From positions 28,856 through 92,855 of the IMG/VR virus record IMGVR_UViG_3300042691_019380: a DNA stretch of 64,000 nt, one strand, 5' to 3'. Below the pieces are notes generated by a model, which saw only the letters and a list, made by a program, of their open reading frames with translations, had not been told where the DNA came from and ran no database searches. The translations under genes were made by a program, and so were the position numbers. Shown here one piece after another: positions 37,301 through 45,736 of this stretch; position 1 is the first letter of the stretch, and every line of letters starts with the position of its first letter. Origin of the DNA: a virus.

Positions 37301-39149
37301 TTGCTGTCACCTCAAGCATTGCTGCAACAAAAGTGCCAACAATGCCAATAATGCGCAGGAAGATATTCACAATGCGACCGGCGACTTCAAGAAACACCTG
37401 AATCGGAACGGTCGCCGCCGCCATTGCCGTTCTGATTGGCCCCATCGCTGCGACGAGCCCGCCCTGAAGGTCGGCGAGAAAGTTGTTGATGCCAGTTTGA
37501 AGCGGCGCGAACGCTACCAGCATGGTCGACGACAGGTTTCCGCTTGCTTGCTTCAGGCGATCGAACGACGCATCGACCCCCTCAAACATCTTGAAGTCGA
37601 TGTCTTTCGTGACAGTCCCGAGCCTAGCAGCGTCGGATGCGGCCTCTTTGAGGCCTCTCAATGCTGGCAGCACATTGACTGCCTGCTTCCCAAAAAGATC
37701 AAACGCGATCGCGGCCCTGTCGGCCGGGTCTTTCACGGCCAAGAGTTCTTCCGAAACAAGACTAAACACATCCTGGGGGCTCTTGTTTCTCAATTCGCTG
37801 ATTGAAACACCAAGCCTGTCAAACGCGAACTTTGCCTCCTGCACCGAGTCGACGTTCAGTTGGCCGATCTTGACCTTGCTGACGTTCGTGTAGAAGGCCT
37901 GAGAGGCTTTGGCGAGTTGGCTCATGCTTACGCCAGCCGCTTCGGCGGCAAACGTGAGAACCTCCATTTCGCCAGTCGTTGCGCCGAAGCGCTCGGCCAT
38001 GTTGCGAATCGACTCCGCCTTGGCGCCGATTCCGTCAAGCGCGCGCGAAAACTCACCAGACGCCACTCTCGCGAGATTAAATATCGACAAAACGCGAGAA
38101 AGGTTCGCCACCATGGAAGACGAAGCGTCTGCCGCAGCCTTCCCGACGCCAGAGAACACCTTCGTCAAGGCCTCGCCAGCAGACGAGGAACTCCAAATAG
38201 CATTGGAGATGACCGAAAACGAGACCGCCCCGGCCTGCGCCGCAGCGGCGGCAGACACGAGAGAGGCCCCCATCGCAACGAACGCCTTGACATACTCGCG
38301 AGCCTCTTCGCTCATGCCTGACGTCAGCACGCTGGTTGTTGCCATGATGGCGGCAAACACACCGACGCCGGTGGCGGCGGAGACAAGCGATGCCCCGAGC
38401 GACCCGACAACCTTGGCGGCTGCGGCTGCGCTCCCGCCAAGAGCAGCAGTGACTGCGGCCGTTCCGCCGATGGTCTCGATAATCACCTTGCCGGTCGCGA
38501 TGGTCGTCGAAAACGCGGCGTAGGCGGCGTTTGCTCGTCCTGCTGCGACGACCACTCCTTCGATAGAGTCGCCAGCGCCGCTCAGGACACCCTCGACAGA
38601 CTTGATGGCATTGCCGGTCGTCGTGAATGCGCTGGCTGTAGTATTCAGGACGCCTCGCGTGTTTGCCAAAAGGCTCGCCGTAGCGGACCCGCGAGCGAGA
38701 AAAACTTCGTTCTTCTTGACAGCGCTGTCGAGCGACTTGCCCCACTCGCCGAGCCCGCCAGCCGCTTTTGCCGAGGCCTTGCTGAGTGACTCGCCCCAGT
38801 CGCTCAGTGATCCAGAAGCCTCCTTGGCGGCCTCGCCGAAAGTTTTCAAGACATCCTTGATGCCAGTGAGTTTTTTCTCCGTCTCCTCGCCGTCTGTCTC
38901 GATCTTGATCTTATTCTTTTTGGCAGTGTCGGAGAGGTTTTCGACGTCCTTGGCGGCCTTTGCTACCTCGCTGGTGTCCGCAGTGGCGGTGACCTTGATC
39001 TTTCTCTCAGCAACTCCATCGAGTTTTTCGGACAGTTCACTGGCGGACTCCGCCAGATCATCAAAAAGGTCAACGACCTCTTCGATGCCGTCCTCAAGGC
39101 CCTTGAGATTCGCCGTGAAGGCGACTGCGAGACTGCCAATCGTCGCCAT
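34332..39149 (-). CDS. Tail tape measure protein
   Basis: MATIGSLAV, Ala-rich helical, 1605 aa, follows the chaperone pair. Confidence 0.92.
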   Translation of the reverse strand: MATIGSLAVAFTANLKGLEDGIEEVVDLFDDLAESASELSEKLDGVAERKIKVTATADTSEVAKAAKDVENLSDTAKKNKIKIETDGEETEKKLTGIKDVLKTFGEAAKEASGSLSDWGESLSKASAKAAGGLGEWGKSLDSAVKKNEVFLARGSATASLLANTRGVLNTTASAFTTTGNAIKSVEGVLSGAGDSIEGVVVAAGRANAAYAAFSTTIATGKVIIETIGGTAAVTAALGGSAAAAAKVVGSLGASLVSAATGVGVFAAIMATTSVLTSGMSEEAREYVKAFVAMGASLVSAAAAAQAGAVSFSVISNAIWSSSSAGEALTKVFSGVGKAAADASSSMVANLSRVLSIFNLARVASGEFSRALDGIGAKAESIRNMAERFGATTGEMEVLTFAAEAAGVSMSQLAKASQAFYTNVSKVKIGQLNVDSVQEAKFAFDRLGVSISELRNKSPQDVFSLVSEELLAVKDPADRAAIAFDLFGKQAVNVLPALRGLKEAASDAARLGTVTKDIDFKMFEGVDASFDRLKQASGNLSSTMLVAFAPLQTGINNFLADLQGGLVAAMGPIRTAMAAATVPIQVFLEVAGRIVNIFLRIIGIVGTFVAAMLEVTAIAPAWSALGSVIKDALAYVEQAVDFAQNAAAAFSAQLNPAVDESASVLERLTFAAKTFAAVILSAGVGSAVMQSFGISASAAFAKFAAGLLKVNFATIFGGILKLVRMLTVDIVAASSKWVASVILMGTSTLAGLLTPFMTSVAAIVSGNSAIAVASTAAGYAMAAAWVIGTLGLAAVAVAIVAVIQNFDSLYDFFADFGNNIGRLFTLEGLAEAADAVATAIRNAFLSVAGWVGGFFGGIIGGIIRAINGIKTPEKIDAARASVGDVVASRQRQDMAQFQAEASVSGFTGKKPELPTEDYKALSASVSRARGEMIGLSLNAANFGEAGRKAFAAARADFDKLQQQLADKTLELKIITDEKGVKRQETALEAFERRSKEIKGRLRENLNLADTISSEQFQQSAEDMRKTVQEAFSQVRGVMRGVDLGSDLDSDKFFPASSEIKKAASDFAMSYQDELIAIEEKLQSGGFGNGQSAMRAAQQAREEAKAKFDRNMGKVNADVSFASDIRKALEDAFLTPLQKYEKRLEDIQKNKSLTAQEKSLATIAEQKQMVEGTFGKSAGQSLREKEAMFAKSTAADQYGRTAFTSSEGSFAAGDARASAERTKLDIERRKAAGLDATPVQQLKAGVDNINDVFDVAGLSLAEIQKKLGPEKFAEYQEAIKKSRDAVLQSVGVEKSATQVREEAMRKLEGLNLSAEEAAEANRAISDSFMSAIGVTKTPFEQFSGELDNVAAKFGMSGKSIDEVRAALQGNKQDLELFDRAVKQSRDNLLQSLGIEKTAQQAYEEQIKKIDEAENATDPSKRITAEEATQARVAAARKREEALGADTANTRAGRFAERRREIEEAFGKTGEKNQEAFDSAMKNLRKQGPGAEPESPVQAFKEGLKELEYMRGSGAIDDKEFADRKFSLQAQLQEDLKPALDRVAPDRRAIESADTRSKAGVDTFFRILRGQDNPGLKAQLETAQATKFLAQAAAQPEAAEVIAQLSAR

Positions 39150-39151
39150 GG

Positions 39152-39466
39152 TCAGCCCCTCGCTCCGTTAGCGGCGGCCAACTTCCACAACTCGCCCAGC
39201 ATCTCTTCTTTGGTCTGCTGTCGCTTGCGGTGGCTGGGCATGAGCATCTCCTCCTCCAGACGCTTACAGCCCCAGGCAGTGCATAGAGCCGTGGCGAGAC
39301 GAGCGGTCCTTCGCCACTCGTCTCCCCATGGTTCTATTGTCCAAAATGCCTCCCATTCTGCGAGTTCGGCCGCATCGACCGACGCGAGAAGTTCGGCATG
39401 GGACCGTCCAAGCGCAAGCGCGAGCCGGAACTCGAACAGCCTGCGGGGACGGTCTAGGAGTTTTTT
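39152..39466 (-). CDS. Tail assembly chaperone GT, -1 frameshift extension
   Basis: F.LALALG....EL......EL.EW.AF...EPWG; entered via A AAA AAC. Confidence 0.75.
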   Translation of the reverse strand, partial: KKLLDRPRRLFEFRLALALGRSHAELLASVDAAELAEWEAFWTIEPWGDEWRRTARLATALCTAWGCKRLEEEMLMPSHRKRQQTKEEMLGELWKLAAANGARG

Positions 39467-39798
39467 GCGAGGTCGTCCACGTCCTCTTTCGAGAACCTGT
39501 TCAACTTCATGCACTCAGCGAAGAGACGATCGAGGACCGCAGCAGACTTCTCGCCCAACTGGGGAATCTCGGTCTCGGTGAAGAGCCGCTCGCCCTTCTC
39601 GTCGCACAGGCACTTGGCGACCAACTTCGCCCGCACCATGTCGACGCTCTTGTTGCCATTGACAAACTCGGACTCGAAGCGATCCCGCTCGGTGCCCGTC
39701 ATCACCCGGAGTTTGACCGCGCCACCCCACTCGGGAACGTCATGGTCGACCATCTTCTTATCGTCCGCAGCGAGAATCGCAGCCTTACTGAGAGCCAT
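39454..39798 (-). CDS. Tail assembly chaperone G
   Basis: LSK.AIL...VPEWGG.V...G.ERD..E; ends AKNS. Confidence 0.85.
   Translation of the reverse strand: MALSKAAILAADDKKMVDHDVPEWGGAVKLRVMTGTERDRFESEFVNGNKSVDMVRAKLVAKCLCDEKGERLFTETEIPQLGEKSAAVLDRLFAECMKLNRFSKEDVDDLAKNS
39460..39466 (-). other. Programmed -1 frameshift slippery site AAAAAAC
   Basis: GCA AAA AAC TCC TAG at the end of the chaperone gene, with an open -1 frame. Confidence 0.8.
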
Positions 39799-39805
39799 GT
39801 GGAAA

Positions 39806-40237
39806 TTACCTTCCTGTTACACGAAACGAAGCCGAACCCTTCACATACTCCCCGGTGGCCGCTCCGAGACTCATCTGAGTCAGGATCGCCGTTTTGTTTA
39901 TCGAGAACGTCCCTGACGCCGCTGTGCCCTCGCCAGGAGGCAGGGTCAGAGTGAATGTTCTCTTTGAGCCCACGACGTCGAAATAGTTCGCTGCCGTAAT
40001 ATCTCTGCTGGCAAAGAAATCAATCGACATCTCGCTGCCGTACCTCGCCGACACGGCCGTGTCGTAGTCAGGCACGACCATCTTTCGATCAGTGTTCGCT
40101 GGGTCGCTGACAACTTCGGAAGACATCGACGTAATGTCGATGTCGCTTCCGGCGTTAGCAGAGACTTGCAGCGACGTGATCTGAAAGGTGAACGTGCCCC
40201 ACGTGAACGTGGCGCCGTGCGACGAGATATACGGCAT
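39806..40237 (-). CDS. Tail tube-like protein B
   Basis: Position; paralogous to 40241-40612. Confidence 0.6.
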   Translation of the reverse strand: MPYISSHGATFTWGTFTFQITSLQVSANAGSDIDITSMSSEVVSDPANTDRKMVVPDYDTAVSARYGSEMSIDFFASRDITAANYFDVVGSKRTFTLTLPPGEGTAASGTFSINKTAILTQMSLGAATGEYVKGSASFRVTGR

Positions 40238-40240
40238 TCA

Positions 40241-40612
40241 TCAAGTCAAAGTGATTCGCAGCGTGGCCGAGCCCTTGATCAGTTCGCCAGCCGCAGCCTG
40301 CAACTGAGACGACGTGCAGAGAGCCACGGTCGGCAGAGACGAGATCAGGGCCGAGTTGCTGCCCGAACCGTCCATCGACCACGACAGAACGCCCGTTGCG
40401 GTCATCTGCGGGAAGTCCATGCCGTAGAACTCGATCGACAGTTCGTCGCCGTCCCGAACCGGGGCAGCGCGATAGGAGCGATACGAGCCGTGCGGAGCCT
40501 TCAGGTCGGTGACGTCAATTTCAGCGACCTTCTTATTGAACGAGATGCTCGTGAGAAGGAACGTCTTGCCGCTGAACATGAACGACAAGCCCTGTGCGGA
40601 TTCGTAGGCCAT
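40241..40612 (-). CDS. Tail tube-like protein A
   Basis: EIDVT.L; GELIKGSATLRIT. Confidence 0.65.
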   Translation of the reverse strand: MAYESAQGLSFMFSGKTFLLTSISFNKKVAEIDVTDLKAPHGSYRSYRAAPVRDGDELSIEFYGMDFPQMTATGVLSWSMDGSGSNSALISSLPTVALCTSSQLQAAAGELIKGSATLRITLT

Positions 40613-40614
40613 TT

Positions 40615-41022
40615 TTACGCCCCTCCTTGGACGTTTTCGTGATACCGAACTTCGTAAACGTGATCGACGCGATACAGCGGCTTCGCTTGTCCTTCGTTTG
40701 GACGTTCCATGTTGTCCGCCTCGGACACGAGCGAGGTAAATACAATTGTCAGGCCAGAGTAGTCGCCCGTAAAGTTGTCAACTTTCAGGCGAACAGCCTC
40801 GGCAATGTCTTTTGCTTCGCTGTAACTCTCGGCCACGATCGAGACCGAAAACGTGGCAATTGGCCTGCCGACGTTGCCTCCCATGTTCCGCTCTCGGCGA
40901 GTGCCGGTCCTGCGGTACACGACCAAAGGAAGGGGAGCGTTCTGCGGGGCAAGAATGGGGTGGATTCCGGCTGTCGTGGCCTCGTCCAACTTGGCCCGGA
41001 GCCACTTTTCAGGATAGGCCAC
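40615..41022 (-). CDS. Tail completion/terminator protein
   Basis: I.P..APQ...LP.VVY; Y..AK.IA..VR. Confidence 0.75.
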   Translation of the reverse strand: MAYPEKWLRAKLDEATTAGIHPILAPQNAPLPLVVYRRTGTRRERNMGGNVGRPIATFSVSIVAESYSEAKDIAEAVRLKVDNFTGDYSGLTIVFTSLVSEADNMERPNEGQAKPLYRVDHVYEVRYHENVQGGA

Positions 41023-41422
41023 GAGTTAACTCCTCTGCGAAACGAGTCTCCATGAAGACAGACCCCTCTGAGGCGTATGCGTCGAACGTCTCCTGAAGGA
41101 CAGCCTCAAGTTCGTCTGGCTTAACCCAGTTGCGAGCCAGGACAGACTTGCCTCGCCTCCTGGGGCGAATGACGCTGTCCAGACTTGAGTCTCCGGCAGT
41201 CTCGACGCCCTGCTCGTACCCGACTTCCCCCTGCTCGTCGTCGGCAGAGTAGACAACCGAGTCTCGAAGTTTGCCGCTGTAGCCTTTCGGGGTCGCCGCC
41301 CTGAGCCTCGCCGAGAACTGCTGGGCAACGTCCTCGAAGACAGTCTTGCGGTCGATCGACGTGGGAATCTTCCTGACTGCCTCGATGAGTTCGTCCAGCC
41401 CCTGGAGTTCGACCGTAATCAC
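41009..41422 (-). CDS. HK97 gp10-like neck protein
   Basis: GLDEL...TP...SG.LRDS; position. Confidence 0.6.
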   Translation of the reverse strand: MITVELQGLDELIEAVRKIPTSIDRKTVFEDVAQQFSARLRAATPKGYSGKLRDSVVYSADDEQGEVGYEQGVETAGDSSLDSVIRPRRRGKSVLARNWVKPDELEAVLQETFDAYASEGSVFMETRFAEELTRGLS

Positions 41423-41754
41423 GAGACTTGCTCCTTGCAGACAAGTCTGTGCGACTCACGGTTTACGCCTTCGGTGACCTGAATCACGTCCAGAGTCCTG
41501 GCGGGGGTGCGGCTATTCCAGATAAGCCTCATGCCAGCCGTGAGCCCAGGCACGTACCGAAACTCGACGTCGTGCGTCGCGACCGTGTACGGCCCCTGGG
41601 CGCTCATCATTTCGTCGACTCGCAGGCCCCGAATGGAAGCCCGACGGGAGGCGAAGTCCGACCAAGTCAGGGTCGCCTCGCCGTAGTCGTTGGTCTGCTC
41701 AGTTGCGACCTGAATCGTGACGGACTCGCGAAGATCGCCAGCACGAAGAGCCAT
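41419..41754 (-). CDS. Head closure/stopper (SPP1 gp16-like)
   Basis: AG.LR..VTIQ...YGE...W...RY.PGLT..MR. Confidence 0.85.
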   Translation of the reverse strand: MALRAGDLRESVTIQVATEQTNDYGEATLTWSDFASRRASIRGLRVDEMMSAQGPYTVATHDVEFRYVPGLTAGMRLIWNSRTPARTLDVIQVTEGVNRESHRLVCKEQVS

Positions 41755-41755
41755 A

Positions 41756-42382
41756 TCAGCGGTACTGCCCCCAGTTGATCGCGCCGAGCAGCACCTCGAC
41801 GGCCATGGGGACTGGGTTCATGCCGCCCTGGACGACCGCCTCGCGGTTTGCATACCACGACGCCACGAGCATCAGGATGCAGTGCCTCGCGGGAGTGGGC
41901 ACATTCGCGGGCGACGGGCCGTACCCTGCCCAGTACGTGATCACGACGTCGTTCTCAGCGCCTCGCGCCGACGGCCAGGAGCCGTTCCACTGCGGACGAA
42001 TGACTGCCGGAGTCGAGTCTCGGTCGACGCGGAAGTTTGTGTACGGCACCGGGAGATACACGGCGTCGGACGGGATGTACGAGACCGTCACGTCCCCGAC
42101 TGCGATCGGAGGCTTGGGGAGTTCAATGTCCCAGGACGGAAACACGTCCATCTTCATCTGCCACTGGGACAGAATCAGAGTCCGGTCGCTCACGGTCTCG
42201 ACATGGATGCGAGCGGCCGAGATGAGAGACTGCAAGTAGAGATCGTCGTCCGTGAAGCCAGCGTCGATGCGAAGGTGTGCTTTCGCATCGGAGACCGAGA
42301 CTGGCTCGACCACAGGCTCCGTAATTCGCCTGAGAGAGCGATACCGGACGTTGCCACGCTGAACGAACTCGTAAGACTTCAT
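41756..42382 (-). CDS. Head-tail connector (gp6/gp15-like, phiE125 gp8 type)
   Basis: EPVS...AK.HLRID...AAR..VE...WY.NRE. Confidence 0.88.
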   Translation of the reverse strand: MKSYEFVQRGNVRYRSLRRITEPVVEPVSVSDAKAHLRIDAGFTDDDLYLQSLISAARIHVETVSDRTLILSQWQMKMDVFPSWDIELPKPPIAVGDVTVSYIPSDAVYLPVPYTNFRVDRDSTPAVIRPQWNGSWPSARGAENDVVITYWAGYGPSPANVPTPARHCILMLVASWYANREAVVQGGMNPVPMAVEVLLGAINWGQYR

Positions 42383-42582
42383 TTCTTCTGCTTGCGATCC
42401 AAGACGGCCCGCTCGACTGCCTGGACGGGCTTCTCGGCAGCGTCCTCGATGTCCAGAGAGCGGCTCTCATGGAAGACTTCGGCGATGCCGTTGATGAGCC
42501 AGTTCCGAGCCGTCGGCTCGAAGACTTCGGCGACTTCGCCTTGCTTGTGATACGACCAGTCTTTCAGGAGTCGAACTTTCAT
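42379..42582 (-). CDS. Small protein resembling ribosomal L9 N-domain
   Basis: MKVRLLKD....GEV.EV....ARNWL..GIA. Confidence 0.55.
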   Translation of the reverse strand: MKVRLLKDWSYHKQGEVAEVFEPTARNWLINGIAEVFHESRSLDIEDAAEKPVQAVERAVLDRKQKK

Positions 42583-42586
42583 GCGA

Positions 42587-43372
42587 TCAACGAGCCTCAC
42601 ACTTTGCTGCATGCTCTGGAGAACCCCACGCCTCCGGTGGTCGCCGCCCGCCTGCCTGCCAGTAGTGATTTGGATACTGATGCACTGCCTTAAGTTGCTG
42701 GTCCGGCCACGTAATCACGAGTTCCGCGTGGCCGATCGAGACTTGCGGACAAATTGCGAGCGTGTTTCCGCACTCTCGCCACTTCCGCCACATGTAGATG
42801 TCCGGGTCAACACGGGCTGTCTTGCCGTCTCCTGGCTCGACGTCCGCCCAGTCGCCGTCTGAGTTGGGGACGCCCAGGAACCACGGCTTCGGCATGCGGC
42901 GAAGAGCCGCCGTCCGCAGCACGGTCAGGCCAAAGTGAGCGCTGTCCACGGGCTGAGTGGGCTTTTCCCACCACTCCAATGGCAGCGTGATCTTGCTGTC
43001 GTGATCGCCGGACAGCCCCTTGGGCGTGAACATCAACTTCTGGTCGTCTCGCTTCGTCTGAAGCGGCGCCACGGCGTCGTATCCAGACAAGAGAGCAGCA
43101 GACACGAGCCGCGAGATGCACTCGGGCTCGTACACGCTGTCGTAATCCATCGTGATGATGAAGTCGTATCCCGCCTCCTCACGGCTCAAGTCCGTGAGAA
43201 TGCGAGACATGACCTGATCCCAGAAGGCCCCGGTGCCTTTTGTGAGAGGGATGCCGAACTGCGAGAAGGCTTGAATGGAACAATAATAATTGTCCATAAA
43301 GCCTAATCGCGGAACGCTGATCGCGCCCGCGATTCGGACATCATGCTCGACGTTGCCGACGATGACTCGCAT
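42587..43372 (-). CDS. Glycosyltransferase-like (GT-A fold) protein
   Basis: DYD (DxD), HFGLTVL......PWF, DPDIY.W, IGH. Confidence 0.65.
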   Translation of the reverse strand: MRVIVGNVEHDVRIAGAISVPRLGFMDNYYCSIQAFSQFGIPLTKGTGAFWDQVMSRILTDLSREEAGYDFIITMDYDSVYEPECISRLVSAALLSGYDAVAPLQTKRDDQKLMFTPKGLSGDHDSKITLPLEWWEKPTQPVDSAHFGLTVLRTAALRRMPKPWFLGVPNSDGDWADVEPGDGKTARVDPDIYMWRKWRECGNTLAICPQVSIGHAELVITWPDQQLKAVHQYPNHYWQAGGRRPPEAWGSPEHAAKCEAR

Positions 43373-43401
43373 CCAAGCCTCTTGTTGGAGTTACCGAAAG
43401 A

Positions 43402-43451
43402 GGCGGCTTGGGCATCCGTGCCCAGTCAAAACCATCCGTGGTTGAGCCGCC
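43402..43451 (-). promoter_or_regulatory. Structured 5' leader with two CA-CGGA-UG hairpins (CsrA/RsmA-type sites)
   Basis: AACCA-CGGA-UGGUU and GGGCA-CGGA-UGCCC enclosed by GGCGGCU/AGCCGCC. Confidence 0.65.
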
Positions 43452-43480
43452 CGTTGTTTGGCTCCCCCCCGAAACTTGTT

Positions 43481-43915
43481 TCAACCGCTCACGAAAGCGT
43501 CGACACCGGCAGCAGTCTTCTCGGTCGGCATCTCTTCCAACTTCGAGAGGCGAGCGACCGTCGCAACGGCAGCAGGCTGGCCCGGAGTGGTGACGACCGT
43601 GAGGTAACGCTTCTTGCCGCGACAATCGACGTTGAACCGAGCCACAGCACCGTTCACGCCGACGCCGGTCGTCCGACCAGCACCAGCCACAACGGAGAGG
43701 CCAGGGACGTCGACTTGGCCGCTGCCAGCCGTGTCGCTCTGCTGCACCTTCAACACCGTGGCATACGAGGCCGCCGCAGCGGTGAAGTGGCTGTACACCA
43801 CGTCAACCGACACGTAATCGGCACCGTAGGTGTCGATCTCGTGGCTGTGGGTCGCACCAACGGCCACGCTCGCCGAAATCCTCGCAGCAGTCTTCGTTCC
43901 TTCGAGATGATTCAC
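43481..43915 (-). CDS. Capsid decoration/cement-like protein
   Basis: IDT.G...V...LKVQ.SD...KRYL.V; immediately after the major capsid gene. Confidence 0.65.
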   Translation of the reverse strand: MNHLEGTKTAARISASVAVGATHSHEIDTYGADYVSVDVVYSHFTAAAASYATVLKVQQSDTAGSGQVDVPGLSVVAGAGRTTGVGVNGAVARFNVDCRGKKRYLTVVTTPGQPAAVATVARLSKLEEMPTEKTAAGVDAFVSG

Positions 43916-43964
43916 TTTTCAGAGTCTCCAGTCAGGGGTTTCAGGGTGAGTGTGTCCGTACTTA

Positions 43965-45458
43965 TCACGAAGCAGCAGTCTTGAGAGCCACGACCGGACC
44001 AGCCTTCGTGTTGTCGCCGCAGTCAGCGGTGACACAGTCGAAGCGGCTCGTCGCAACGATCAGAGTCTGATCGAGTTCCGCGTAGCGGTCGGTCGAGGTC
44101 TTCAGCGTCATGCCCCGGCGAGTCGCGTAGTACGAACTCATCGAGAGGTCACCGAAGAGGAACTTCACAACACCGGGGTCGGCGCCCACAGCGCTCGAAA
44201 GGGTGTGGACGAAAACCACCGGATATCCCAGCAGCCGCATCTCGGCACCAGCCGCAAGGTTCGCGGCAGTGTTGCCGCCCGAGAGGCCCACGTTGTTGAC
44301 CAGACCGAGACGCTGCACGCTGGCGGCGAACACGGCCGGATTCACGAACCACTTGGCATTGGCACGGGCATACAGCGGGAGTCGGCCAGCCGTGGCGATC
44401 AGATCGTCCACGTCCAGAGTCAGGGCCCCGGTGTTGCCGGTCGCAGCCGTCACGACGCCAGCCGTGTGGGTGCCGTCGTTGATCTTGGTGGCTACGCCGA
44501 TCATGCCGCCGTGGTCCCCGCTGCCGTTGCCGACAAAGCCAACGGTGTCGATGAGTTCGGCCAGCGACCGGGCGATCTCGCCCGTGATGTAGTCTCCAAG
44601 ATTCAGCACGGAGTCTTCCAAAATCTCCGAACTCATCCGGTTCGAGACCGCGACCTTCTTGCAGACGAGTTGCACCCGATCCCAACTCGCGTCGGAATCC
44701 GGCACTTGGCTGGATTCCCCAATGAAATACGCCTTCAGTCCGCCAGTCCGACGAGGAATAACGAGCGTGTCCGACTTCATCTGGAGGTTGCGAGCGTGGG
44801 CAGGATATGCCCCATACGTCTCCACCAGAACGATCACCTCATTCAGCACCTCTTCGGCCGTGAAGATTCCGCCAGCCGAGTTGATGCCCTCGCTCAGGGC
44901 GCGGCTGTCGACGACGCCGTGGTCAGCACACCACCGAGCGGCGTTCTGATCCTTGAGCAGCGTGGCCCGATAGAACTGACCGGCCCGATAAGCACGCTCC
45001 TCGGCGTTCTGGCCCTTGAAGTTCTTCAGACGACCGGCACCCGGCAGATTGTGGTAGATCGACACAGACCGGCCCTCCTTGGCCTTGGGGTAAGAAGCGA
45101 CCGCCGAGTCCGTGGCGGGCGTAGACTTGTCGAGGACCGCCCGGAGTTCCAACTCCTTGGCAGCGACGCCCTCGTAGAACTTGATCTTCTCGCGGAGTTT
45201 CTCCGCACGCTCGCAGAGGCAGCGGAGTTTCTTCTCCTTCTCCTCGTCCTCGGGCATCGCACCCTCGGCGTCCTCGACTTCCTCGGGCTTGTAGCCCTTC
45301 TCCTCGACCTCGTCCTCTTCCATCTCCTCGTCCTCGCCCTCAACGGGCGGAACATTCGCGGCACGCTCGTCGGACACCTCGTCCTGAAGGGCGCCCATCT
45401 CGGCCAGCACGGCGGCGAGTTCGTCGAGGAGAGACTTGATCTTGGCGGACGATTCCAT
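43965..45458 (-). CDS. Major capsid protein (HK97 fold, with delta domain)
   Basis: Acidic coiled-coil N-terminus; AGG..., IP..TGG..A.F.GE, S.E.LEDS, G.G.., LLGYPV, FGD. Confidence 0.93.
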   Translation of the reverse strand: MESSAKIKSLLDELAAVLAEMGALQDEVSDERAANVPPVEGEDEEMEEDEVEEKGYKPEEVEDAEGAMPEDEEKEKKLRCLCERAEKLREKIKFYEGVAAKELELRAVLDKSTPATDSAVASYPKAKEGRSVSIYHNLPGAGRLKNFKGQNAEERAYRAGQFYRATLLKDQNAARWCADHGVVDSRALSEGINSAGGIFTAEEVLNEVIVLVETYGAYPAHARNLQMKSDTLVIPRRTGGLKAYFIGESSQVPDSDASWDRVQLVCKKVAVSNRMSSEILEDSVLNLGDYITGEIARSLAELIDTVGFVGNGSGDHGGMIGVATKINDGTHTAGVVTAATGNTGALTLDVDDLIATAGRLPLYARANAKWFVNPAVFAASVQRLGLVNNVGLSGGNTAANLAAGAEMRLLGYPVVFVHTLSSAVGADPGVVKFLFGDLSMSSYYATRRGMTLKTSTDRYAELDQTLIVATSRFDCVTADCGDNTKAGPVVALKTAAS

Positions 45459-45553
45459 TCGTTCTGTTCCTTGGTCTCGTGGTGAGTTGTTCCTGCCGCG
45501 TGTAACGACAAGGTTCAACTTACGAGAGAAAGAACAGAGACCCGAAGAGACTT

Positions 45554-45574
45554 AAAGTTGTGTCACACAACTTT
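45554..45574. promoter_or_regulatory. Perfect 10-bp inverted repeat AAAGTTGTGT-C-ACACAACTTT upstream of the capsid gene
   Basis: Seen directly; contains the TTGTGTCA box of the early promoters. Confidence 0.65.
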
Positions 45575-45736
45575 TTCGCGTCGCCAAGAACGGCTGGCGG
45601 AGACGACCGAACGAGCCTGAGCGCCGCATGCGCTGCACTTCAGATAGCGAACTTGATATTCGCCGCATGGCTTGCTCGTGCGAGTGGTCATACGACCGCG
45701 ACCGCACATCCGACATTTATCGCCGCTTTGTGTCAT
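45563..45736 (-). CDS. 57-aa C4 zinc-finger protein, Ogr/Delta- or NrdR-N-like
   Basis: Not in the ORF track; MTQSGDKCRMCGRGRMTTRTSKPCGEYQVRYLKCSACGAQARS; ATGA-coupled. Confidence 0.7.
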   Translation of the reverse strand: MTQSGDKCRMCGRGRMTTRTSKPCGEYQVRYLKCSACGAQARSVVSASRSWRREKVV

